Below are positions 17,256 through 26,610 of a stretch of 64,000 nucleotides of DNA, in pieces. Made by a program: the position numbers and the translations under genes. Position 1 is the first letter of the stretch, and every line of letters starts with the position of its first letter. A model generated the notes under the pieces. That model saw only the letters and a list, made by a program, of their open reading frames with translations, had not been told where the DNA came from and did not search any database. This DNA comes from an uncultured virus (IMG/VR IMGVR_UViG_3300014203_000013) (lineage: Duplodnaviria > Heunggongvirae > Uroviricota > Caudoviricetes). The DNA is taken from IMG/VR virus record IMGVR_UViG_3300014203_000013. One strand, given 5' to 3'.

Positions 17256-18347
17256 TTACTTTACATTTTCCATCATGATTTTTTTCAAAACGATGTCATT
17301 CCAAGGTTGTTTGATTTTACCGTCGAGCATTTGAAACATAAAGCCCGACAATTTCTTATTGTGACCAAGGATTTCCTTCGCCATTTCTTTACGGTTGGTC
17401 AGACATTTGACGTTTTGTTCAACAAATGAATAAGCCGCATCTAGCTGTTCCACCGTGCGGCGATAGGCTTCCTCAACCATCGAAGCGGACAAAGAAACAA
17501 CCTTCGCGATTTCATAATCGCTATCTTCGGTAACTTTCTTGATTAGATCCTCGGCGGTTTTACAACCATTCGCGATGAAATAGTCAACGACGTTTTCAGT
17601 ACTTCCTAGATGGCTTTTCATCCTGTGGAGAGCCAAATAGCTGATGCTTTTGACCTTCTTCAAGATTTGACCTTCACGGGTATAAACGACTACACCTTCA
17701 ATACCTCTGAAAGCTTCAACGGCGTTCACCAAATCCGAAAAGCTTTCGAAGCGGTAGGTTTTTGGACGGTTGACACCAAACCTCTTAGCCTCAATATCCA
17801 AAATCATTTGTGGCAGGTAACTATAATCCTCATGATTGATGATAGCCGTCAACCAAAGCTGGGGAGTCTCCGTTTCTGAAAGGACAATGATATTGCTAGG
17901 AGTTGTCCACTCATAGCAAATACTATATCCGTTATCCAGCCAAGCGTTGTCGAAGGCATCAGGATACTTGGCGATAAGCTCATCAATTTCTTGGCCGTTT
18001 TTCATTTGACGGGCATCAATGGTTCCTCGTGTTCTGACAATCAGTTGACCACGGAACTTGCTGACGAGAAGACAGGAACCGTCGATTTTCTGGACAGCCG
18101 TCATGCTAGGATCGTTAATATCAAACGGTTCGAAAGCAGGTGCTTCTCCGTAATTCGTGAACTTGCGGAAACCCAAGCTAACGGGATCTCCGTCAAGAGT
18201 CCAAATACTGGAACGGAAGATTTTGTTTCCTTCGTTGAACTTGGTCTTGATATCCAATGGCCCGACAAGAACGCAATCAACCCCTGCAAAAACACAAGGG
18301 GTAAGTTTAAAACCTTCTTCTGCTGTTGGGAATCTGTCAATTTTCAT
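17256..18347 (-). CDS. T4 Rnl1-like RNA ligase
   Basis: KFTNYGE, motif I QKIDGS, YEW, EGVVV, KKVKS. Confidence 0.85.
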   Translation of the reverse strand: MKIDRFPTAEEGFKLTPCVFAGVDCVLVGPLDIKTKFNEGNKIFRSSIWTLDGDPVSLGFRKFTNYGEAPAFEPFDINDPSMTAVQKIDGSCLLVSKFRGQLIVRTRGTIDARQMKNGQEIDELIAKYPDAFDNAWLDNGYSICYEWTTPSNIIVLSETETPQLWLTAIINHEDYSYLPQMILDIEAKRFGVNRPKTYRFESFSDLVNAVEAFRGIEGVVVYTREGQILKKVKSISYLALHRMKSHLGSTENVVDYFIANGCKTAEDLIKKVTEDSDYEIAKVVSLSASMVEEAYRRTVEQLDAAYSFVEQNVKCLTNRKEMAKEILGHNKKLSGFMFQMLDGKIKQPWNDIVLKKIMMENVK

Positions 18348-18375
18348 GTTGTAAGTTCTTTCTTTCAATGCCGTC

Positions 18376-18405
18376 AATATATCACAGATTAATCTTGGTT
18401 GTCAA
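18376..18405 (-). promoter_or_regulatory. sigma70-type promoter
   Basis: TTGACA-N18-TATATT with extended TG. Confidence 0.6.
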
Positions 18406-18818
18406 GTAGACAAATGCTTTTCAAGAGATTCTTTCATCTTACAATAGTATTTATTAATTACTAGAAATCCTAACTGATAGAAATAAGTTTTTTCAATGTC
18501 TTTGCACCATCTTTCAATTTTCGGGCAATATGAATATCCTTCTGGCCAACCGATTGTATGATTAAAGAAATCCTCAGTAAGATTCCAGTTTTCTCCTAAA
18601 GGAAATAAATAATTTCTAGCCCCTCCGATATCATCAGATTCGAGGAAAGGAATCAAGCCTGCGAGGAATACCCAATCTTCTTCTGTCAGATATTCCGGAG
18701 TTTCCCAAGCCGTTTTCCGACATCCCTTAGAATAAGAAAAGAAGGGGTGAAATTTTTCTTTTTTCATAAGTCCTTTAAACGAAAATTTGAGGAACTGTGG
18801 TCTTAAGAACGATTTCAT
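18402..18818 (-). CDS. Hypothetical protein
   Basis: ORF in operon. Confidence 0.55.
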   Translation of the reverse strand: MKSFLRPQFLKFSFKGLMKKEKFHPFFSYSKGCRKTAWETPEYLTEEDWVFLAGLIPFLESDDIGGARNYLFPLGENWNLTEDFFNHTIGWPEGYSYCPKIERWCKDIEKTYFYQLGFLVINKYYCKMKESLEKHLST

Positions 18819-19110
18819 ATTCTTTCAGAAATTCTTCCTTGTTTTCAATGGTTCCGAAATCCCATTCAACACTCCATTTCCCAATTCTGCGAAATAATCT
18901 CGTCGAGTTCTTCGAAGTGTGCCAATCATCAGAAATGTAAAAAAGTCCATCGTTGTAGGAAATCAAAAAAGCTTTCCGAATATCCTTTCGGACATTAACA
19001 ACATACCCCAAGACTTTTCCATGTCTTAGGACTTCAAGCGTAGCTTTTTGCAACTGATTAACAATTGATTTGGTTAGCTTGACAGTTACTTTGTAAACTT
19101 CAATTTTCAT
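18775..19110 (-). CDS. Hypothetical protein
   Basis: ATG MKIEVY overlapping upstream stop. Confidence 0.6.
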   Translation of the reverse strand: MKIEVYKVTVKLTKSIVNQLQKATLEVLRHGKVLGYVVNVRKDIRKAFLISYNDGLFYISDDWHTSKNSTRLFRRIGKWSVEWDFGTIENKEEFLKEYEIVLKTTVPQIFV

Positions 19111-19364
19111 AACTTCACCATCACAATCTTTTCGTCCTTGAATAGGATAGTTTCGTCCCAGACAGGAATCAGGCCGATGCCCTTGGGCAATCCTTGTTGA
19201 ACGCAATCTTCTGACCTGTTAGCTTCTGCGAGACGCCTGGCTTCGGTAAGTGCTTTCTTCGGAGACTTGGACATAGCAATGCCATTCCCGCTGACATAAA
19301 GATGTGCAGGCATTCCATAACTGGATCCAGTGCCTTCCGTGACTCTGACAATTGCTTTGAACAT
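19107..19364 (-). CDS. Hypothetical protein
   Basis: AAGGA RBS directly after promoter. Confidence 0.6.
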   Translation of the reverse strand: MFKAIVRVTEGTGSSYGMPAHLYVSGNGIAMSKSPKKALTEARRLAEANRSEDCVQQGLPKGIGLIPVWDETILFKDEKIVMVKL

Positions 19365-19387
19365 ATTTCCGTCCTTTCAATATTCAA

Positions 19388-19416
19388 AAGGTAACATTTC
19401 CTTCCCTGATTGTCAA
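19388..19416 (-). promoter_or_regulatory. sigma70-type promoter
   Basis: TTGACA-N17-TACCTT with extended TG. Confidence 0.65.
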
Positions 19417-19429
19417 TGCCTTTAGGGAA

Positions 19430-19756
19430 TTAAATCTTAACTTTTTGAAGAAAATAGGAAATATAGTCCGGATTGTCTATAATATTCCAAAAGTTAACTT
19501 CTTTGCCGTCCAAAACCATATCTATGCTTGCTTTGGTAATAAAATATTGGTTTTCGCCTTCTATTTTGGCTTCAGCCAAAAGAATTCTGTTTTCAGGTAA
19601 AGAACCGTTTTCTAACCAGCCGGAAATAATATCTGTAGAAATATCAAGGAGAATACCCTGTGATTTGATTCTCCCGTTAATGATGGGGATAAGCAGAAAA
19701 CCGTCAGTTTCTTTATCTTTCACCAAAATCGAATTATAGCGTACTCTTCTGCTCAT
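19430..19756 (-). CDS. Hypothetical protein
   Basis: AAAGGAG RBS. Confidence 0.65.
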   Translation of the reverse strand: MSRRVRYNSILVKDKETDGFLLIPIINGRIKSQGILLDISTDIISGWLENGSLPENRILLAEAKIEGENQYFITKASIDMVLDGKEVNFWNIIDNPDYISYFLQKVKI

Positions 19757-19824
19757 AACACGCTCCTTTCTATTGATTATTTAATCATTGAAATCTATAT
19801 CAGATAGAAAGGATATCGAACTAA

Positions 19825-20061
19825 ATGAAACAATTCATAACTAAACTTGGTGTCTGCAAAAAGAAACCGGTCGTAATTTCAATTTCAAGAATGGATGATT
19901 CTTCTAATCAAAAACTGATTTTCCATTCCTGCCTTTCCTGTTTATATAGCAGAATAATGATTGATCCTTTTTCCTGTCCTGAATTTAAAGATCAATCAAT
20001 AGAAATAATCGAATCCAAATGTCTTCCTTTCCACTGTGTCGGATTTGGCTTCAAGATATAA
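19825..20061 (+). CDS. Cys-rich hypothetical protein (rare plus-strand gene)
   Basis: AAAGGA RBS; fills the gap and ends at a bidirectional terminator. Confidence 0.45.
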   Translation: MKQFITKLGVCKKKPVVISISRMDDSSNQKLIFHSCLSCLYSRIMIDPFSCPEFKDQSIEIIESKCLPFHCVGFGFKI

Positions 20062-20091
20062 AAAAAAGGGCGGAATATTCCGCCCTTTTTT
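20061..20091. terminator. Bidirectional intrinsic terminator
   Basis: A-tract-GGGCGGAATATTCCGCCC-T-tract. Confidence 0.85.
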
Positions 20092-20115
20092 AGAAACCAC
20101 TTGGTTATTCCCAAA

Positions 20116-20337
20116 TTACTTGGTCAAGCCAAGGAACTGATCCCAACCCTTCCAATAGCGAGAATACACGGTCTTGGGGCTCTGCGGCAGGCCGTCGGGA
20201 AGGCGACCCTCGATCTTCGCCCATGAATACGCCTGATGATTCCGGAAGCCGGCCTTGCGGACGATCTTGCGCGCTTCGGCAAAGCCAACGGTCTTGGATG
20301 TTGTGATGTCAGGAATCTGAGTCTTGGTAGTCTTCAT
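20116..20337 (-). CDS. Small basic protein with a single phage integrase-repeat-like unit
   Basis: FAEARKIVRKAG...LPQSPKTVY..YWKGWDQFLG. Confidence 0.65.
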   Translation of the reverse strand: MKTTKTQIPDITTSKTVGFAEARKIVRKAGFRNHQAYSWAKIEGRLPDGLPQSPKTVYSRYWKGWDQFLGLTK

Positions 20338-20462
20338 TGTTTTGTCTTTCTGTTTTGAGAAAGGAGTGGCAGCCCCGTTACTCTGTTCTTTTTTTTGTTA
20401 TTCCTTCTGCCAAAAGAAGATGTTCCTAAATAGATTGTTTTAGGTTAATTTTCAATACCTTA

Positions 20463-20909
20463 TTACTTGATGGCATCCTTAAAATAAGCCTCGGAACGCT
20501 CCTTGAAACCTCGAATTTTCACGTAACCGCGATTGGTGCCGGAATAGCGAATGAAGTTTGCTGGAAGGATTCCATCCTTACGGGTCTTGACTTGGCTGAT
20601 CTTGACCTGAAGATTCTTGACCTTCATGAGAGCAGAAACCGAAGACGGAAACTTAGTCGTATCCATTCCACCGTCATCGAGACGTTTCATTACAAGTTCA
20701 ACGGCGGTCTTCATATCGAACTTGTCAGGATTAATACCGGAAGCCTTCTGCGCACCGGTAGGATGGGTGTTGGCGAGGGAATAGGAATAGATGATCTTTC
20801 CTTCATTGTTAAGACCTGAAGCTAAGATTCCGACAGGGGCCATTCGGCCATTCTGATCCTTTTCCTTGATATACTGCATAATGAAACGATTCTTCGGATT
20901 GATGTTCAT
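20463..20909 (-). CDS. Hypothetical phage protein
   Basis: PDKFD...FKERSEAYFK; AAGGA RBS. Confidence 0.7.
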   Translation of the reverse strand: MNINPKNRFIMQYIKEKDQNGRMAPVGILASGLNNEGKIIYSYSLANTHPTGAQKASGINPDKFDMKTAVELVMKRLDDGGMDTTKFPSSVSALMKVKNLQVKISQVKTRKDGILPANFIRYSGTNRGYVKIRGFKERSEAYFKDAIK

Positions 20910-20968
20910 ACTTCCTTATACCTTTCTGGTTTTCTTGTTTTAAAGACTTGTGTCTTTTGAATGCAAAC

Positions 20969-20997
20969 AATGTATCAAATGCCGTCATTCTTGTCAA
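20969..20997 (-). promoter_or_regulatory. sigma70-type promoter
   Basis: TTGACA-N17-TACATT with extended TG. Confidence 0.7.
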
Positions 20998-21173
20998 TGG
21001 GGTCTTTTTGTTTTTTTACATTTCTTTTTAGGAATGAAATTTTAAAGAAAGTCCAACGGATTTCCCATCCCGGATCTGACTCTTCGGGATGACTTGATTT
21101 AAAGGTTAAATGAGTAAACAGATACTTGAGAAACCTTTTCATGACTTTACCAACGAGATCCTTCTTTTGATGG

Positions 21174-21857
21174 TCATAAAGGGAGTTTCCTTTCAAAAAC
21201 CAGACTTCCCAAAATTGTTTGAGATTTTCCACACCCTTCATACCAGAACCAAGACATCGGATTGTAATTCTGAAGCAGGTTAACGAAAGAATAATTATCT
21301 TCCTGATAGCGTTGAAATTCTGTTTCCATCGCCTCTTCCACAAGTCCGTTTTTGATAAGGTTCTCTTTCATGTTCCAAGGTAAGCTAAAAATAGAATTGA
21401 AGCATATCCCGAATTTATGACTGGATCCCTGCATCGCTTGCAACGTGCTTTCAAAGACATAGAAACAATTCGGAGCCAATGCCTGAAGATCAAGACTGAT
21501 AAATCCGATCCTGTCCCTATTCTTTAGACAAAAATTTTGAATTTCATCACAGACACAAGGAATATGCCAACGGCAATCCGGTCCATAATGTAAAGCGTTC
21601 GTCTTGACAATACCGTTGCTTCCGGATTTCGATTCATTGTCAACGCCTACGAATTGGGTAGTTGAAGTGATCGCCCCTGTTTTAAGAAGCTGATAGCATG
21701 CCGTCGCCTTGACGTTCTTCGAATATTCACCCGCTGTATCCACAATGATTTTGTCTTCAGGTAAAGGACCTCCGAAGATTTCAATAATCGGATTGGCAAC
21801 ACATTCTTTTCTGAATGCGGCCTTTTTCGGACAGTAATCAAAATTTTTCTTAGACAT
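21174..21857 (-). CDS. Hypothetical protein (possible degenerate Rossmann/MTase fold)
   Basis: 227-aa ORF, FVGVD, ISLDL. Confidence 0.6.
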   Translation of the reverse strand: MSKKNFDYCPKKAAFRKECVANPIIEIFGGPLPEDKIIVDTAGEYSKNVKATACYQLLKTGAITSTTQFVGVDNESKSGSNGIVKTNALHYGPDCRWHIPCVCDEIQNFCLKNRDRIGFISLDLQALAPNCFYVFESTLQAMQGSSHKFGICFNSIFSLPWNMKENLIKNGLVEEAMETEFQRYQEDNYSFVNLLQNYNPMSWFWYEGCGKSQTILGSLVFERKLPL

Positions 21858-22098
21858 GTTTAGAAATCTCCAAGAAGCGCTTATACAGCCTTTCCGTTAC
21901 GGTCTTACGCAAACCGTTGGCAAATACCTGCTGGACTTCTGTAAGCTTTTGGAAAGCCTTATCGTCGGGTCTTGGAAGTCTTCCGTGTCTTGCCTTGAAC
22001 TGTTCCAAAACCCAGAGACTTCGATTAACGGTTTCGTTCATGGGTTTTGGAGTTTCAAAACATTTTACGGGAATACCTTTGAAACTTATTTTTTTCAT
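21850..22098 (-). CDS. Hypothetical protein
   Basis: AAGGTG RBS, coupled to next gene. Confidence 0.6.
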   Translation of the reverse strand: MKKISFKGIPVKCFETPKPMNETVNRSLWVLEQFKARHGRLPRPDDKAFQKLTEVQQVFANGLRKTVTERLYKRFLEISKHV

Positions 22099-22210
22099 TT
22101 GTTCACCTTATGACTTAAATTCAGAATCAGGCAAGACAGATAATCGGGAATAGCGTCTGTCCTCCTTTAATGTATGAACTCGCAATGGCGGTAAAAGAAC
22201 AGGTTGTGTG

Positions 22211-22249
22211 AAGACAGGGTGTCGGAATTCCGACACCCTGTCTTTTTTA
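22211..22249. terminator. Long perfect palindrome / intrinsic terminator
   Basis: AAGACAGGGTGTCGGAATTCCGACACCCTGTCTTTTTT. Confidence 0.8.
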
Positions 22250-22278
22250 TGGCTATATATATTATTTTATTGTTCTTT

Positions 22279-23133
22279 TTATACTTTCTCCGGGCAAACC
22301 GTTAAGTCTGCGATAACTTCTTCAATCTTTTCGGAAGCACGGCTAAAGACGTTTCCGAATTCCAAGATGCTGTCACGATCTCCGAGAATCTTTTGATAGA
22401 CATCAGCGATATACTTGATTTCTTCCATCTGAACAGTCTTGCCCTTGAGGCGACAAACCTGTTTCGTGACATTCTTAACGCTGTTCATCAGATATGAAAT
22501 TCTCTTAGTAAGATCGTCAAAGACACTGACGGCGGCAGTATCTTTTTCTTCTTCTCCTCCGAAAATCCGCTCGACATAGACACATGCTTCACGTTTGCCG
22601 GCGACTTCTCCAAGAACGGAATTTAAAGCATCGATCTTATTCTTGAAAACGAACGGGATCATATAGACTCCACCAGTTGGCCTCTTGCTTACACCGAAGC
22701 ATTTCCGCACGACATTCTTACAAAGAGTGCGAATGTCTTCACTATTATAGGTGCCGCGACAATTGTCAACCTTGTTAAGAACCTCATCCGCCATCGTTCC
22801 TTCCGCACTGATAGTTCCGGAATTCTTGTCAAGAACGACTTTTGTATTCTGAATGTAACTGGAATTTTCATGTTCTTTGTCAAGACTGATGCCGAGGATT
22901 CCGAAAACAGCCTTATTCTGGGTCTCGCTGATCTTTTCAACGACACGGCGCTTATAACCCCTACGGTTATGAAAACTGTCGATTCCGCGACGCACACATT
23001 CACGGTCGCTAGGGACTCGCATCATATCAGGATCAAGATTATACTTCTGTAAGATATCATGCATTTTCGTAACCCCGATATTGATATCTTCACGAACCAT
23101 CCACCAGACATTCAACAAACCAAGTTCATTCAT
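22279..23133 (-). CDS. DUF6744/DUF3150-like phage protein
   Basis: RPTGGVYMIP motif, coiled C-terminus. Confidence 0.55.
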   Translation of the reverse strand: MNELGLLNVWWMVREDINIGVTKMHDILQKYNLDPDMMRVPSDRECVRRGIDSFHNRRGYKRRVVEKISETQNKAVFGILGISLDKEHENSSYIQNTKVVLDKNSGTISAEGTMADEVLNKVDNCRGTYNSEDIRTLCKNVVRKCFGVSKRPTGGVYMIPFVFKNKIDALNSVLGEVAGKREACVYVERIFGGEEEKDTAAVSVFDDLTKRISYLMNSVKNVTKQVCRLKGKTVQMEEIKYIADVYQKILGDRDSILEFGNVFSRASEKIEEVIADLTVCPEKV

Positions 23134-23183
23134 AGTTCCAAACCTTTCTAGGGATTATCCCTATTGTTTCTTTTGATGGTGTA

Positions 23184-23213
23184 ACTATATCATACTTCTT
23201 TGGTTTTTGTCAA
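23184..23213 (-). promoter_or_regulatory. sigma70-type promoter
   Basis: TTGACA-N18-TATAGT with extended TG. Confidence 0.65.
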
Positions 23214-23223
23214 TAGTCACAGA

Positions 23224-23451
23224 TTAATCCCTTTCAAGTTCTCCGCTTTTAAGTTTTCCTTCAACTTCATCACACGTCTTTTTAATGATACAGGTGGAAA
23301 GTCTCGGGCAATCTTGACAGAAAATACAGATGCCGCAATTATCAAGACCAGCTTGGGCGAGTTCCATGATCTTATAAAAATGTGCGCGTTCCTGCGATTT
23401 CAGAAGCGTTTCATAATCTTCAAAAGATAACGTTTTCCTGTTTGTCGCCAT
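23224..23451 (-). CDS. Hypothetical Cys-rich protein
   Basis: CGICIFCQDC. Confidence 0.55.
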   Translation of the reverse strand: MATNRKTLSFEDYETLLKSQERAHFYKIMELAQAGLDNCGICIFCQDCPRLSTCIIKKTCDEVEGKLKSGELERD

Positions 23452-23454
23452 TTT

Positions 23455-23751
23455 TTAAAATTTCCATTCTATAAAAACAGTTTCCCGCACACAATTAATC
23501 ACGATGCTGAAACCTCTGGCTTCAAAATAGGTTTTAACCTTAGACATCACAAGACTGTCGGCGAAATAACGTGGAAGGACTCCTTGCTGTGTTGAAAGGA
23601 GGTAAGAAGAAATCAGGCCGTTGGAAGCATCATTTCTTACTCGTTCTTCAATTGTAAGGATGAAATTAGAAGCCTTTTGCTCCGCATCTTTTTCCCTTGA
23701 TTGTTTCGCAAGAAAGTTCATGGTTTTAGCATCAAACCCATCATTAAACAT
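23455..23751 (-). CDS. Hypothetical protein
   Basis: AAGGAG RBS. Confidence 0.65.
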   Translation of the reverse strand: MFNDGFDAKTMNFLAKQSREKDAEQKASNFILTIEERVRNDASNGLISSYLLSTQQGVLPRYFADSLVMSKVKTYFEARGFSIVINCVRETVFIEWKF

Positions 23752-23788
23752 TTTTTACTCCTTATGTCGATACGTGCATTAACATGGT

Positions 23789-24067
23789 TTAACCCTGTTG
23801 TGACAGCATGGGTGTTTCCTCTTCGATTTCGTGAAGGAAATTTAAGGACAAAACTTTGTAATTGGCTATGTCTGAAAGAGAAACCACGTATGAAAAGTGT
23901 TTTTTTTGATTAACGTTTCTGACGCAAAGGTCCCTCTGCGTGCCGATGAAACGACTATATTTTTCATCCGTATCAATCCTATAAGGTATACGAAAAAAAT
24001 TGTCCAAATGCACGATGTTACACTTGATTTCAAATTCAATACAACAATGATAACAGTAAAGTTTCAT
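23789..24067 (-). CDS. Hypothetical protein
   Basis: ATG immediately after ligase stop. Confidence 0.5.
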   Translation of the reverse strand: MKLYCYHCCIEFEIKCNIVHLDNFFRIPYRIDTDEKYSRFIGTQRDLCVRNVNQKKHFSYVVSLSDIANYKVLSLNFLHEIEEETPMLSQQG

Positions 24068-24069
24068 GC

Positions 24070-24975
24070 TTAAATCTTTGTGCAAAGTTGTTTGTAAAGT
24101 TTCACCGTCTTGTTCCCGATGGACTTGGAGATTCTTGACTTATCCGTCATGTCGATTTCGCCTTCTGCTTCTCGAAAAACGTCTTCCACCATCGCCTTGA
24201 CGACCTTACCTGTATCTTTCAAATCTCTTGGATTCCCAAGCTTATCCAAGACGTGATTAAGCCTTTCCGCTACAACCCATTCTTCGGCGATAGAATCAGC
24301 ATTTTCAATCAGTTTGGCCTTCTCAGGGTCGAAATCCTTGACATCCGGGGTGTTTTGCCGTTCCTGGAATTCCGCACGCTTATGCTTGCAAATCACACGC
24401 TTTCCCCATTTGTTGGTGAATTCATGGATGGGACGGATAACAATACCTTCCCGAACCGGAGGATTGAAACCAAACCTATCGGTATTACCCTGACACCCGT
24501 TCCTCGCCGCGATTTCAGAAGGACTATCCCTTTCAATATCCAAAGCTTCAACAGTAGCAGGAACCCGCTTAAAGGGAACGAAGTCTAAGCCAAATTCTTC
24601 CGTAACCAAACGGCAGGCATCCGGCAAATCCCAGAACCGATCAGATGAAAACACATCAAAGGCAATGAAACGCAAATTTGACCCATATGTCTTTGACATC
24701 TTCTGCTGACTGCCGCCATATGCCTCTCCGTAAATGATGGCAGGCGTTTCCCCGAAAACCTTTTGAAAAGCAGCCGTCAAAGTTTCCTTGTTGAAAAGAT
24801 TGACGAAGTTCACATGGCTTTCTCCACCCGCAAAGAAACTGACTTCTTTCCCGTTCCAAGCAACGTGTGAAGATGTTCCGTGTGCCTTCTCCATCGCGAA
24901 GACTTCTTTGAATTCAAGAACCGTCTGGTCCTTGTAAAGATTGAGAATGTGTAAATAAGAAATATCAACCTCCAT
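24070..24975 (-). CDS. Rnl2-family RNA ligase (nucleotidyltransferase)
   Basis: EKAHGT motif I, IYGEAYG, FDV, EGIVIRP, KHK. Confidence 0.82.
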   Translation of the reverse strand: MEVDISYLHILNLYKDQTVLEFKEVFAMEKAHGTSSHVAWNGKEVSFFAGGESHVNFVNLFNKETLTAAFQKVFGETPAIIYGEAYGGSQQKMSKTYGSNLRFIAFDVFSSDRFWDLPDACRLVTEEFGLDFVPFKRVPATVEALDIERDSPSEIAARNGCQGNTDRFGFNPPVREGIVIRPIHEFTNKWGKRVICKHKRAEFQERQNTPDVKDFDPEKAKLIENADSIAEEWVVAERLNHVLDKLGNPRDLKDTGKVVKAMVEDVFREAEGEIDMTDKSRISKSIGNKTVKLYKQLCTKI

Positions 24976-25618
24976 TTTTTAAATACTCGTGAATAACCAA
25001 AGCTAGTTCCGGATTATCTTGTAAAAAACCTACTGATACATTACAGTTATTACAAAGCAATCCTCTAATTTTACCCGTTTTATGATCGTGATCTACCGCG
25101 AGACACTTTCCATTTTCCGTAGTGGTTTTACCACACACAGCACATTTTCCATCTTGCTTTTCAAGCATTTCATTATACATTTCTAAAGAAATACCATACT
25201 TAATTAACAAATTTCTGTTTTTTGCCTGTTCTTTCCTTTGTTTATAGTATTCTTTGTGAGAATTTTTGTATTCTTCTTTTTCCCTTAGTTCTAGCAAAAG
25301 GTCACTACAACATTCATGACAGTGTGGAGAATTGTTCTTTTTGCCTTTGGTGTGTGAAAATTCTTCTAAAGGAAGAACCCTTTTACATCTAGGACAGTAC
25401 CTCAAACCATTTTCACGCAACTTGTTTACTTCTCTTGTTGTCAAAGTTCTTGTTCTTTGTCCATTTTCTTTTCTTTTCTTTAGACGCTGTTCATAACGAC
25501 GAAGCATTCTACACGCTTTACACATCTTTTCATAACCAGAAATGGTTTCCCAAAATTCTGATAAAGGCTTTTCCTTACCACATTCTTTACATATTTGCGT
25601 TTGCATAAATCCCTCCAC
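24965..25618 (-). CDS. Endonuclease VII-family putative homing endonuclease
   Basis: Two N-terminal zinc ribbons; KYGISL...QDGKCAVCG...VDHDHKTGKIRGLLCNNCN. Confidence 0.88.
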   Translation of the reverse strand: MEGFMQTQICKECGKEKPLSEFWETISGYEKMCKACRMLRRYEQRLKKRKENGQRTRTLTTREVNKLRENGLRYCPRCKRVLPLEEFSHTKGKKNNSPHCHECCSDLLLELREKEEYKNSHKEYYKQRKEQAKNRNLLIKYGISLEMYNEMLEKQDGKCAVCGKTTTENGKCLAVDHDHKTGKIRGLLCNNCNVSVGFLQDNPELALVIHEYLKNGG

Positions 25619-25644
25619 TTATACAAATAGGATATTTATTAAAT

Positions 25645-25676
25645 CTTGTAGATTAAGAATGTGTAAATAACCGACA
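25645..25676 (-). pseudogene. Orphaned original 5' end of the Rnl2-like ligase gene (GYLHILNL)
   Basis: TTATTTACACATTCTTAATCTACAAG matches 24931-24958 with one substitution and a 2-bp deletion; preceded by GAGGTG RBS and promoter. Confidence 0.75.
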
Positions 25677-25710
25677 ACCCACCTCTTCTTTCCTTTTAAG
25701 ATTTGAAGAT

Positions 25711-25739
25711 ACTTTAACAGATATCCCCTAATTTGTCAA
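25711..25739 (-). promoter_or_regulatory. sigma70-type promoter (original ligase promoter)
   Basis: TTGACA-N17-TAAAGT. Confidence 0.7.
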
Positions 25740-26610
25740 GTCCACAAAGAGTTTTTATCCATGACAAAAAAATAGATTCTTTATGCTTAAAGTCACGATA
25801 GTCTATAAGCAACAAAGGAATGTTGTTTTTCTTACAATATTCAGTTTTAATTTTGTCCCTTATCTGAAGTGTCTGAAATTCGTCAGCAGAAAGAGTTTTC
25901 CCCTTTTTGAAAGTAATTGGAGAAAAATGTTGCTCTCCTTGTAATTCTACAAGACACAAAAGATTAGAACCTTTAAAAATAGCGAAATCAAATTTCAATC
26001 TACGAACATAGAGGCAATCTGGAAAGCTGAATTGTGTTTGAAATGAATAACCATTTCTTTCTAAGAAAATCTTAAATTCCATTTCTGCCCTAGAAACCAA
26101 ACATCCACAAGAAAGCTTGTGACCGCTTCTTAATAGAGAAACTTCACCATATGTCGTGCATCCACAATCACATAGGCATTTCCATAAAGATTTGTTTTTC
26201 CTTTTCCCCACACTTTCGATTGCAACCAGTTTGCCGAATCTTTCTCCTGTTATGTCTAATACTTTTGAACAAGAACCGCAAGAAGTTGTATGTCCACTTC
26301 GAATATTACCAGCCTCTGCAATAAATTCGATTCCGCATTCACACATACAAGAATATAGTTGTTTATGGTTTGTAGTAGAAAACAGACCGATAACGTAAAG
26401 TTTACCAAAGCTTCTTCCTGTTAGATCCTTTCGTCTCAAACAGCCACAACTTTTGGTTCTATCAGTTACTAAAGCCTCTGTCCTTACTGTTTTAAACCGA
26501 CCACAAGAACAAAAACATTTCCAGTAAGTATGCCGATTCCTACTTTTCTCTTTTCCTAAAACCGTTAGGTTCCCGAAATGCCGCCCAGTTAAGTCTGTTC
26601 TGTTAGACAT
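25714..26610 (-). CDS. Putative homing endonuclease: three DLTG.rFG.L..WxCxCxCG..SCG repeats plus Vsr/PD-(D/E)xK-like domain
   Basis: Repeats visible; LKFDFAIF, VELQGEQHF, RDKIKTEYC. Confidence 0.8.
   Translation of the reverse strand: MSNRTDLTGRHFGNLTVLGKEKSRNRHTYWKCFCSCGRFKTVRTEALVTDRTKSCGCLRRKDLTGRSFGKLYVIGLFSTTNHKQLYSCMCECGIEFIAEAGNIRSGHTTSCGSCSKVLDITGERFGKLVAIESVGKRKNKSLWKCLCDCGCTTYGEVSLLRSGHKLSCGCLVSRAEMEFKIFLERNGYSFQTQFSFPDCLYVRRLKFDFAIFKGSNLLCLVELQGEQHFSPITFKKGKTLSADEFQTLQIRDKIKTEYCKKNNIPLLLIDYRDFKHKESIFLSWIKTLCGLDKLGDIC

Noticed and set aside
25714..26610. 3'-end replacement of nadE by the adjacent endonuclease
   Set aside because: No convincing duplicate of the nadE 3' end lies downstream; only a chance KHK match.
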